A stretch of 64,000 nt of DNA from the human T2T-CHM13v2.0 reference genome, Homo sapiens. Below the pieces are notes generated by a model that saw only the letters and a program-made list of their open reading frames with translations, was not told the DNA's origin and did no database searches. Within the stretch, counting starts at the first letter, position 1; each line of letters starts with the position of its first letter. A program made the translations under genes and the position numbers. Location: contig CP068257.2 in the NCBI GenBank assembly GCA_009914755.4, forward strand, positions 28,512,001-28,576,000, in the 5' to 3' direction. This document shows positions 1 to 11,369 of this stretch, in pieces.

Positions 1-91
1 CCAGGATGCTCTCGATCTCCTGACCTCGTGATCCCCCCGTCTCGGCCTCCCAAAGTGCTGGGATTACAGGCTTGAGCCACAGCGCCCGGCC
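1..91 (-). mobile_element. Alu SINE, 5' half, reverse orientation, cut by the window edge
   Basis: Reverse complement of the Alu left monomer (…GGATCACGAGGTCAGGAGATCGAG… ending …GGCCGGGCGC). The Alu 5' end falls at about position 91. Confidence 0.9.
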
Positions 92-3000
92 AAATGACTT
101 TGTTAAAATTTTTCAGTAAGTAAACATCATTTTAATTTTTAACAATTAATATTGTAAATATTTAATATTTAAAAATTTCTTTTATTGAAAAATACCAAAA
201 AGTGGGTTTATGATTAAAAAATATAACTCTAATTAATCAATGATGTTTGGCATTATTTTTAATCTTGTAAATTCAAGTAATTCTGAAAATCAAAAATAAT
301 TAGGTAAAATGTTAGGAAGGTAATAAAAATATATGAAAAGTAGTTAATTCAAGTGGAAAACTTTCATTATGTTTAAAATGATCACTTCCAGTGTTTTAAG
401 CAGAAGTTAGGTTTTTGGTTTATATTATGAATGTACGACTTTATGAACATATGTAACATATCTGTAGATAGTTTGAAGCAGTCTCACACTCAATCCCAAC
501 AAATTAAAACAGATGACATAGTCTCCTTAATATGCTCGGTAGTGCACATAAGAGAAAACCTTTGGCAAAAGGTAGTTGGAGTCACCCAAAGATATTCTGA
601 AACACCTGGGTGGGACAGCTGCTTCCCTCTGGCTTTGGGCCTTCCACAAAAAGTCAATTATCTATTAAGTCATCTGCGTTCATTTCCCAGGTTAATCAGG
701 AAACCATGATCGCCCGAGGGATGGCTTGCATCATGCACACCAGGAAGTTTGAACTGTAGCCAACCATGCAATTAAGATGTTCCAGTATAGCTATTATTCT
801 TGGTTGAGGCAAATTCCACTGGCACAGGTATTTACTAGGAGGAATATACCAAATTAAAAGTTAAAGAAAGAGGAAAGAAACACGAAACGTGGCTGGCGGT
901 TAAAGACAGGTTTTCCTTAATTAAAACCTGAGAGGCACTCCTGGCCGATTTCAGTCAGGAGCGCTTTCTCTGACAGACTAAGAGCATATATTGGTTTAAG
1001 GGCGAGGAGCCTTATCAGAAGTTTGGAATGTTCCTGTTTGAGGGAGAAGTTTTCTGGCGGGGTTGGAATGTCTCTGGGAGGAGGCGAGCTTACCTTGGGG
1101 CAGCCATCTTTCCGCCAGAGCAAAGTTATCTTGAGACTGGCATCTTCCTTGCCCGATGCGGGTTATCTTGGGGCTCCATGCCTCTGATCCGGAAGGAGTT
1201 TGGAATCTTTCTGGTTGGAGATGTTATTTGTGGTTTATGGTCGTGCTGATCTTAGCCATTGGGCTGATGCCCTTTGGATTCAGACGTTTTTTATTAAGGT
1301 GAACTTTAGAATGAGGGGCTTGTCCAAGATGGCGATGCTCCTGCTCTGTCACCAAATAGTTCAGATTTTTACTCACAGTTAACGTTTCTATAGTTCATGT
1401 TTTAATTTATGGTGTTTTCATCAAATGGTTTATGTTTTAGTTCATGATTTTTCTCAGTGTTGTGAACTCAGAAAATGAGGTGAAGATAAAGGAAAGTTCC
1501 TGTTTGTTCTTCACAACTATTATTTTTATGAAATTTGAGCGCTAAGGGAAACAATTTATCTTTGTGTTTATTACAGTTGTTCCATATTTATCTAGTCTAA
1601 TTCCCGTCATATTTAGGCTATAAAAAAGATTTGCTTACATTGTCACTTCAGTAACTCAATAATGTTTTACTGAGGAAATCTCCAATTTCCACCCTGAAAA
1701 ACTGCGTGAAAAATAATGAAATCACAAGAAAGTTAAAAAACACCTAAAAATAGACTGTGGCAATGAAGAGTATCTCTAATGCAAAACTTCATCTGCCTGA
1801 ATTAAGGAGTTCTTCCCCGAGGGTGCAGCCCCAGAAGGGGCTCCTGGCCAAGGCTCACAGAGGCATTCGTTGGAGCCCCTTCACAGATTTTCTGTGGTAG
1901 TGAGTGTGATTGGAATTGTTTATCAATTGAAACGCTATTAAGATTAGGGTTGTGCTCCTTAATAACCAAACCTTTCAATCATATTGATTTTGTTATGCTG
2001 TTTTAAAACTACACAGGTAACTAAAATTAAAAGAATTATACCTCTCAAAGCAAGTGAAATTTTAAAATGTGTTATATATTTATGAAGAGAAAATAAATAT
2101 GCAGGTTTTTTTCAGTTGTAGATAGCGCCAATGCATTTGGCTATAACTTTCATAACTACATACAATGAAATAGTAAGTGGAAAAAATCATGAAGGAGAAA
2201 AGGATAAGAGATTACGGTGGACCGAAATTGCTTTTGACTGCCATGTGTGCTTTATAACTTTTGATTATTTGCTTCCTGTGTGTCAACTCTTGGAAGTATA
2301 CATGGATCAAGGCAAGTCACCAAAATTTTTTCCCATTTCCTTGGGTATAGTCACTGGTTCAAAGATAGGCAACTTAATCAAAACAGGCCAATGCATTCCA
2401 ATATTTTGAACTTCAGGTGATGTGGACCTTCCCTCTGGAACTATAGTGTTAGCTAGATAAAAATTTGGGACCATATTGAAAAGACTTGTGTGCAACTAGA
2501 AGCAAGCAGAGATGTGCCAAAATGAGAGTAGCACGAAGTGTCCAGAAGCCTGGAGGACCAGCTGAATCTTTGAGGCCCTGGTTCATGGTAGCTCTTCCTT
2601 GAGTTCTATCAGCTTTTCCAAAGCTTTCCCAGCTATGGAAGCCAAGGAAGTAGAGCTAGAACACAAAAAACAGATGTGGCAGATTTCTTACACATATTCA
2701 TATATTTGAGTAATATCATCAATGAAATAATGGAAGAGTGTTATCTAAAACAAAAATTCTCCTGAGGTGTCCATTGCTAGCCCACTTAATTAAATTAAAA
2801 TATTGATCATTGATTCAATACAATCACAGAATCGTAAGGCTGGTGGGACATTCCTTTGACAACTGAAATATTATTGCAGGCCCTCATGGAAGATGTCCAG
2901 TAAGAGTCAGTGAGCATCTGCTTACTCTGTTTTAGTGGCATGGAACTCACAATTTCACAAGGCAGAATATTTTAGTGTTTTCAGATACATCATACATTTT

Positions 3001-3347
3001 TTTCTTATATTGAGCTGAAACATGCAGCTTTGTAATTTGATGCTAACACTATTCCTGGAGTAAAAAGAATGAGGAGTCTCTTTCTTCTGGCAGACAAAAA
3101 CTTTGAAATATTTGGAAGTATTCTCATATTTTCTTCACATAATCACTTGTCCAGGATAAACATTTCCAATTGTTCTAAAGATTTCTTAAATACACAGACT
3201 CCAGAACTGGATTTAAGGTATCTCCTTTGGGTAAAATCTGCCACAGACAATTGAATTATTCATTTCCAATTCCTAGCTCCAGCGATGCTGAAAAACTTGC
3301 ACATTTGAGTATATAAAAACTTGATTAAGTGAATGGAAAAAATATCA

Positions 3348-3725
<378 letters not shown>

Positions 3726-4116
3726 TAAAAAGGACTTGAAATGGACAGTGCTAGTCAAATAAATATGATTTAGCCACCTTACAACTTATAAAACCTTTAT
3801 AACCTTAACATTATCAAAGGAAATGCTCGAACGTTATAGCTCAGCCTGCTGCTCTAATGAGGAATTATAGCTCAGCACAATCCTCCACTATCTCCAAAAT
3901 CTCTTTATCACAGCTACAGACATATGACCAACAGTTCTACCATAAGCTTCACCATCAATTCTTTATTTCTTATTTTTCTTTTTATCATTTAATTGCTACT
4001 TTACTTACTTCTTTTGTCCTTTATAAATATTGTACTGTGTATACAAGTCTAGATTACTTTTATGGATACTGAGTTTCAGATATGCAATATACCAACTAAA
4101 TCAGACTGGATACTTG

Positions 4117-4640
4117 TGTTAGTTATCTGCAGCAAATTTCCCCAAAACTTAGCTAGCTTAAAGCAAAGAACATTTATTTCTCATTCAATTTCTGTGGCTC
4201 AGGAATCTGGGAGCAGCTTGGCTGAGTGGTTCTGGTTCAGGTCTCTCTGGAGGTGCAGCCATGCTGTGTCAGGTAGGACTGCAGTCTTATTGCAAGCCTC
4301 CACTGTTGCTAGAGAAAGCCTTTCCAAGCTCCCTCATGTGGCTATTGTCAGATCTCAGTTCCTCAATGGCTATGGGCCCAGGGAGGCTTACTTTCTGACC
4401 ACTTGGGCATCTGCTTACAAAATGGCAATTTGTTTCTCCCAAAATGGCCAAGATGGAAGGCAAGAGCTTTTATAATCTACCTATGAAGTGACATTTCATC
4501 ACTTCTGTCACTATTGGTCACACAGGCCAAGTCTGGAACCATGTGGAAGAGGACTGCTGAAGAGTGTGAAGACCCAGAGGCAGAGATCACTGGGGGCCAT
4601 CTTGAATGCTGGCTACTCCAATACTAAACGAAACAATGAT
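4117..4640 (+). mobile_element. Ancient interspersed repeat; probably an old L1M-type 3'-end (family name uncertain)
   Basis: Shares the motif block gcttaaagcaa-agaa-atttat…ctcacagttctggaggctagaagtc…ggtgtcagcagg with the copy at 15376..15781. I recall this consensus as the 3' end of old mammalian L1 subfamilies. The ORF 4062..4475 lies inside it. Confidence 0.4.
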
Positions 4641-4644
4641 GTTC

Positions 4645-4802
4645 TTTTTTGTATTTTTTTCTGTTTGATTTTTTTTCTTTTTGTAGAGACACAGTCTTGT
4701 TATGTTGCCTACGCTGGTCTCAAACTCCTGGCGTCAAGAGATTCTCCCACCTCAGCCTCCCAAAGTGTTGGGATTACAGGCATGAACCACCAAACCCAGC
4801 CA
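4645..4802 (-). mobile_element. Partial Alu (monomer-length, antisense) with T-rich tail
   Basis: A T-rich tract at 4645..4682 is followed by gtagagacacagtcttgttatgttgcc…ctcagcctcccaaagtgttgggattacaggcatgaaccacc. Confidence 0.7.
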
Positions 4803-7104
4803 CAATGATGCTTTTAGCTATGCTAGAAGACCAAAAACTCATTTAAATTTATTGTTCTGTTATGAAAGTTAGATATTAATAAGTATCTCTTCTGTGATTT
4901 GAACAATAAAAGGGTCCTCCTCCACACAAAACATAATTTGTTGTCAAAAACATAATTTGAAAACTGACAAATAACATTAGTTAACATTAAAATATTAATT
5001 TCAAAAACAAAATACATTAAAATGTCACTATAGTTCACCAAAAAGACATGTGTTTCTACTTATTAAATACTTTCATAACCATTTATATGGTGATAATGCT
5101 CTGAAAATAACATTTTATTTCTTGAATTTGACAATAATTAAAAGTAAGCAATGCAAAGGCTGAATCTGCAAAAATGCATTTTTGAGCCTAGATTTTATTA
5201 TATTAGTCTATAGTAGAAATTAATTTATTTTGTTGATCTCTTTAAATATGAGGCTGATATTTACTGAGTGCCTAATAAGTACTTGCTCTGTTAGGCAACT
5301 CACAATGGGTACATTTTCTTTCATCCCCACCATGCACAATAGAAGCCAGGCCAGTGACCATAAGGATACAGTGTTAGGACACACTGCTGCATCATCCAGA
5401 GGGCAGAGAGGACTCAGGCTTACTTTGTTAACCCATAGGCAGGACTTTTGTCCCCTGTCCCAATTCGTTATGATTGACAGTTCATAGCCTCTGACTTGAT
5501 CAGTTTTATGTATAAAAAATCTTATTATTCATCATTTTCTTAATTCCATTTAAAATAATTTTGTATCTTTATGGTACAGGTTGTTATTTTGCTGGTTGCA
5601 TTAATATTCAATAGAATATTACTTAGTTACCTATAATAGGATAATGGTATTACATAAGATCTCCACAGCCTAGTTGGAGAGAAAGAAGCAAATAGCAGCA
5701 TATGGTCAGTACTATTTGTTAATTCAACTGATATATTTTGAGGCCCTACTATTTGCCAAGCATCATGCTGGGCTTTAGAACCAGAGGGCTGAAAATGGTG
5801 AAGAGTCCTTGTCTTCAATGAACTTGCATTCCAGAGATCAGCAGAGACCCTTAACGAAAAACTAGATCCATCTACATTACAGGCAGTGCAAAGAGGGATA
5901 TAAACAGTGTATTAGGATACACAATAATCAGAGAAGGCCATTGTAGAAGGGGTAATCCTTAAAGGCATTTCTGATCAGGTCACACCCTAAAGGGTGAATA
6001 TGAGTCTGCCTTGAGTAGAGCTAGAAAAAGACATTCCAGGCAGAGAATCACCACGATAAAGTTGGTGTATTCAAAAAACAGAAGGGAGGCTAGTAGAGTT
6101 AAGTGCAATGGACAAAGAGAAGAACTAGGAGAGATGAGATTGGAGAAATAGGTGGAGAATAGATGAGTGAGATAGTACACATGAGAATGTTAACACAGTA
6201 ACATTTTCATTTTTAAAAAGAAAAAAGAAAAGAATCTCATCGCTTATGCTATGGGTAGGAGGATCCAGAATGAAAGCTGTGAGACCAGAACTATTATAAA
6301 GTCGCGTATATTATTCAGGAACATAATGGAATGAAATTCTTAACTCATCATGGATAGTCTGGGGAGTATCAGGGAGGACATGTCTGTGTTAAACACTGAG
6401 GGATCAGCCTTGCTGAGAAGAGTGGGGATGGCAGAGGGAGCAGCCAGCACAAAGGGCTGAAAGTAGGAAGTATTGAGGCAAATTTCAAGAACTGCGAGTA
6501 AGTCATCATGGCTTTAAGTTCGAGGTGTATTTCAGAATACCAAGAAATAACACGGAAAATTTAGATGAGGGTGAGCTCATAAACAGATCTGGATGCTGAT
6601 CTATGGAACGCAAACTTTAAAAAGGATGGAAATCCAGTGTAGGGACATAATCAGAGTTCAGTCTTGGAAAATGATTGTGATTAAAATAAGCATAGTGAAT
6701 TGCAAGGTATCAAGACTACAGAGGAAAGAAAAATACTAGAAGGCTCTCTCATTCATCCAGTTAGATAGAAGATGAAGATCTGGCCACAAAAACAGGAGAT
6801 GAGTTCCAGAGTTATTCAGGAAGAACTGACAGGAGTGTAAGCTCCTTAGAATGTGAGCTTCATAAAGACAAAGACTGTTGATGTTTTATTCACTACTTTA
6901 TCTCCATAGCTAGAAGAGTGCCTGGCACTTAAAAGAAGCTTAGTAAAATATTTGTGGAATGCATCTATGAATGGATGAGTTGGTGACAAATTAGGGAGGC
7001 TACATTTTTATTCTTTAAATAAATATGTATTAATCACTGACTATGTGTCAAGAAATGTTCCAGGCACTGGAAATACAGTGTTGAAAAGATACACATGTCC
7101 ATCA

Positions 7105-7109
7105 GTCTA

Positions 7110-7182
<73 letters not shown>

Positions 7183-7290
7183 ATCTATCTATCTATCTAT
7201 CTGTCTATCTCTATCCTATCTTCTATCACCCATCCATCCATCCATCTGTCCGTCCATTCATCCATCCATGTATCTATTTATCCATCCACA
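7105..7290. repeat. Compound microsatellite: (TATC)n of about 28 units with a few interruptions, followed by (CATC/CATT)n
   Basis: Direct reading shows ctatctatctatc… from about 7105 to 7225, then catccatccatccatctgtccgtccattcatccatcc to about 7290. ORFs 7045..7338 and 7095..7382 translate this repeat (LSIYLSIY…). Confidence 0.95.
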
Positions 7291-9204
7291 CTTCTGTTCC
7301 CTTTCTACATATCATTTTATTTATCTATCTTTTTGTAAAACAGTCATTATTTAAAACCGAAACTATTTCTTACAGACACTGAAGAGAGAAGATAGAAGGA
7401 ATCTTTGGAAATGCAAATTGAAACCTACAACTGAAAAATAGAGTCTTAGTTTATTTGTGTAACAAAATCCATGGGAAATTAGAAGGTATCCTGGACATTG
7501 AAAACCTCACAGATCACATGAGAAGCAGAGTGAAGGAGAATATAAAAAATTGGATGCAAAAAAGAAAAGCACCTTGTGAGAAATTTCTGCTGTTCAGGTG
7601 TTTGAAGAGCTTTTACAATCAGGAATAGCTAATATTTGATTTTTAAGTTTAGTTTTTTTTGCATTTTTTGTACCTAAGCCCTCTTTGAAAACCTCTAGAT
7701 AGAAGCTGCTATATGTAGATTTCTTTGTGAGAGATTGGGATTGTAATCCACATGTAAATTAGCAGGATACACACACAAGAGAGTGAACCACAAGAAGTGA
7801 AATCTAACATCCAGACTTAACAGTGACTAATAAAAAAAATTCCAAATTTGCAAATATCTTGTGGAGAGTGATGGAATTTCCAAACAAACAACAAACAAAA
7901 CCAGAAACACACCTATGTTAGGATTTTTTTCTAACTGTAGTTAATTCTCACCAGACAAATTAATTTCAGCTAATATTTACATTACATATTTTAGTTTTTC
8001 CTCTAGCTAAATGATTATATCTTCTGGAATGTAAGACACTGCATGCATTTATATGTATGTGTAATGGGTATCAGTGATGAGTTCAAGAGATTGACATGAA
8101 GAAGAGAGGGAGGTTCTTTGTCCAGTAGGTTCTAGTGGCTCTTAATAAAAACATAGACTCGTACTGGCTTCCAAAATGCAGATACAACCACAACTCTGCA
8201 GCAGGCAAGGCTGCACCAAACCAGCCAAGATTCAAGGATCCAGTCCTATCCAGACATAATCCAGGGATAATTGCTTTCACGTTTCTTTCCCAAAGTCTTG
8301 CACTTTTATACCACTCCCTTAAATTAAACTCCTATTGTAAACCATAATAACTCCAGTAGAGCTGACGCAATAGCAGTCTTTATGGGCAGACACCTGCAAA
8401 CATCCATTTAAAGTTGCTTTTTTAGCTGCCATAAGTACTTGTTGAAGACATTTGGAAGTGTAGTTTTGCACTTGAGATGGTGTTGAAAATACAATAGCAA
8501 ATCTGCCAAAAGCAAGAAGAGGCAATAATAAGGCTGGTTCAAAAGAGCTCCCTGAAATTCTGAGTGGATCATTAGACTAATTGAGTGGATATTGGACTAA
8601 TGCCTTTGACAACACCTACAAGACCTACTCCGTTTGCTTACAGATAATTACAAAGTGAGGGAGAAAACAGGCGTATCCATCCCATTGCCTTTGGCAAGTC
8701 TTCCTCAAACTATAAGGTATGCGTAAGATTACTCTAGAGCGTGTGTAGGTTACAGGATGCTGGGCCCCTCCCCAGATGATCTAATTGAATAAATCCAGGA
8801 TGGGGCACAGAGATATGCATTTCAACAAGTATTCCAGGTTGTTTCTGATACAGTCGTTATAGGGAAACAATAGCAGTCAGTAAGATTTAAGAAATCTACA
8901 GGGTAAATGTATTTTTTTCCCAAAACACTTCCTTTATTAGCCCACAGATGCTTGAAAATTCTTCAAGGTTGGACAGATCCTATCAACTCTTAATTAGAGA
9001 TGAAGGACCATCCAGTAATTTCCAGATCTAATGAGATATAAATGTCTTAGGGGTTGTGAAGAATGTGTGTGCTCTAAAAGTAAAGAGGCTGCCTTTGTTA
9101 ATAATTGGCACTAAAATCCCTGAAACCATAATGACTAGAATACGGGAAGAAAAGGGTTGTCTTTTCTCTACACCATTGCCAACACTTGTTAGCTTTCATC
9201 TTTT

Positions 9205-9560
9205 TTATAATGGCCATTCTAACAGGTGTGAGGTGTATCTCATTGTGTTTTTAATTTGCGTTTTTCTGATGATTAGTGATGTTGAGCATCTTTTCATGTC
9301 TGTGTTGGCCATTTGTATGTCTTCTTTGGAAAAGTTTATTCGGATCCTTTGTCATTTTTTGATTTGTTTTCTCTGCTATTGAGTTGTATGAGTTTCTTAT
9401 AATATTTGGCATATTCATTGCTTATCAGATATAGTTTGCAAATATTTTCTCCTGTTCCATTGGTTGCCTTTTCTTTGTGTTGATGGTTTCGCTTGTTGTG
9501 TAGAAGTATTTTGGTTTGACATAGTTCTAGCAGTTTTAAGATTTCTCACATCTAATCCAG
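9205..9560 (-). mobile_element. L1 LINE fragment (ORF2 C-terminal / 3' region, antisense; older L1P/L1M subfamily)
   Basis: ggccattctaacaggtgtgaggtgtatctcattgtgtttttaatttgcgtttttctgatgattagtgatgttgagcatcttttcatgtctgtgttggccatttgtatgtcttctttggaaaagt… matches the antisense L1 consensus (…CCATTCTAACTGGTGTGAGATGGTATCTCATTGTGGTTTTGATTTGCATTTCTCTGATG…). Confidence 0.65.
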
Positions 9561-10720
9561 TTCCTTGAATAGTGTGTGTTCATCAAGTACTTGTTAACAT
9601 ATTGATGGCTTTGAAGAGTTTACTAATCAATGATGAAGACCTGATACCCTTTCAAAGATTTAAATGTCAGAGACAAGAAAATGTAATATGGGCGTAAAAT
9701 AATAAAGTTGATTGAAATGCTACAGAACGCTTTCTCACAATTGTAAAAATATGACTGTTGTGCAAATTCCTTGATAGATCACAAAACAAAGAACTCTACA
9801 CCTTAGTTTTCAAAGTCCTTCATGTTTTGAACACTTAACTTTTCCAAACATATCTCAGATTGCTCCCGATTTGTATGCCTGAGTTCTAATTCACATGTCA
9901 ATGGACACATCTAGAGGATTTCCATATTGATAGCTGTACTTGTGCTGTCTTCTCAAACCTTCTTTCACTTATTTTTACCCCTGGGAATCCCATTCTTCCT
10001 CAAGGTCAGTCTCATGTCCCCTCCAGATGCTTTACCTGCTCACACTCCTAATACGTGGATTAGGAGTATCTCTCCTCCCCCTCCCTTCTAAAGCACCCTG
10101 ATCTCCTGATGGCAGTTATCGGAATTTGCATTGTATTGCTTTGTTTCTTTGATTTATTTAGTTTACATTTTTTTTTTGCAGTGATTTCTCTGTGGTGTGG
10201 GAAGTCTTACAGTTCTCATTATACATAAGCAAGAAATATTTATTATGTAAGTTATTGATATAACAAAAATGAATAATTTCAATTTTGATCTAAGTTATTT
10301 ATGAATTCATAAAGTTTATATTACTTAATGTTCTTGGTGATGGGGTCCTCGTTCATAAACCAAAGATGGCAACATCTGCTCTGCAGGATTGGTACAAAGA
10401 TGAACTGAGGCCATTTATGCAAGGCACTGGCATACACTTAAAATATCAGAAACATCCTTGTAGATGCAAAAAATACAGAAGATAGAAAACAAAAAATATT
10501 ACATTGATATTGATATATAGATAGTAATACTAAGGGATGACTGAAATAAAGTCAATTTGAAAAAGTTTTAAACAACATTTATAATATTTGCTCAGAATTT
10601 TATGAGGCAGTAATTTGGTTTGGGGTCAGCTAGGATGGCCTCTCTCTGCTCCAAACAGTTTGACAGGGCTCACTCACATATCAGGGACCTCACGTGGGAT
10701 TGCTGGAATGATTGACATGG

Positions 10721-11077
10721 TGTATTAGTCCATTCTCACACTGCTATAAGGACATATCCGAGACTGGGTAATTTATAAAGAAAAAGTTTAATGGACTCAG
10801 TTCCACATGGCTGGAGAGGCCTCACAATCATGGCAGAAGGTGAAGAAAGAGCAAAGGTACGTGATACACGGTGGCAGGCAAGAGAGCATGTTCAGGGGAA
10901 CTACTCTGTAAAATCACAAGATTTCATGAGAACTCACTCACTGTCACAAGAACAGCATGGAGGTAACCACCCCCATGATTCAATTACCTCTCACCAGGTC
11001 CCTCTCATGACACGTGGAGGTCACGGGAACTACAATTTAAGATGAGATTTGGGTGGGGACACAGCCAAACCATATCA
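10721..11077 (-). mobile_element. Solo LTR of the MaLR THE1/MST family (about 357 bp)
   Basis: The plus strand reads tgtattagtccattctcacactgctataa … agatgagatttgggtggggacacagccaaaccatatca. This is the reverse complement of the THE1 LTR consensus (5' TGATATGGTTTGGCTGTGTCCCCACCCAAATCTCATCT … ACTAATACA 3'). ORF 10791..11045 lies inside it. Confidence 0.8.
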
Positions 11078-11239
11078 GGCAGCTTAAAAGAATGGGTCTC
11101 TCTTTACCTGACCTCTTATCCTCCATCAGCATAGTCTGGATTAATAACATGGCAGGAGCATTACAAGTTAGAAAGTTTCCTTTGCACTCTGTTGGCTACA
11201 GAAAGCCATGAGGCCAGCCTTGATTCTAGGTCTGGAGCA

Positions 11240-11369
11240 GTAGACTCCACCTCTTTTTTTTTTTTTTTTTTTTTTTTTGAGACGGAGTCTCGCTCTGTCG
11301 CCCAGGCCGGACTGCGGACTGCAGTGGCGCAATCTCGGCTCACTGCAAGCTCCGTAGACTCCACCTCTT
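11240..11369 (-). mobile_element. 5'-truncated AluY-type insertion: only the last ~75 bp of Alu plus a 23-nt poly(A), flanked by perfect 16-bp target-site duplications
   Basis: TSD GTAGACTCCACCTCTT at 11240..11255 and again at 11354..11369. Between them lie poly(T) at 11256..11278 and gagacggagtctcgctctgtcgcccaggccggactgcggactgcagtggcgcaatctcggctcactgcaagctccg, the antisense Alu 3' end. The CAAGCTCCG variant is AluY-like. Confidence 0.85.

Noticed and set aside
431-709. 92-aa ORF near the window start and other isolated 60-140-aa ORFs (e.g. 4062..4475, 9056..9382, 13151..13525, 40648..41013, 50653..51063)
   Set aside because: No start context, no domain signatures, and composition typical of AT-rich intergenic DNA. 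Several lie inside recognised repeats (4062..4475 in the ancient repeat at 4117..4640, 9056..9382 in the L1 fragment).
7045-7382. 97-aa and 95-aa ORFs with LSIYLSIY repeats
   Set aside because: They are translations of the (TATC)n microsatellite.
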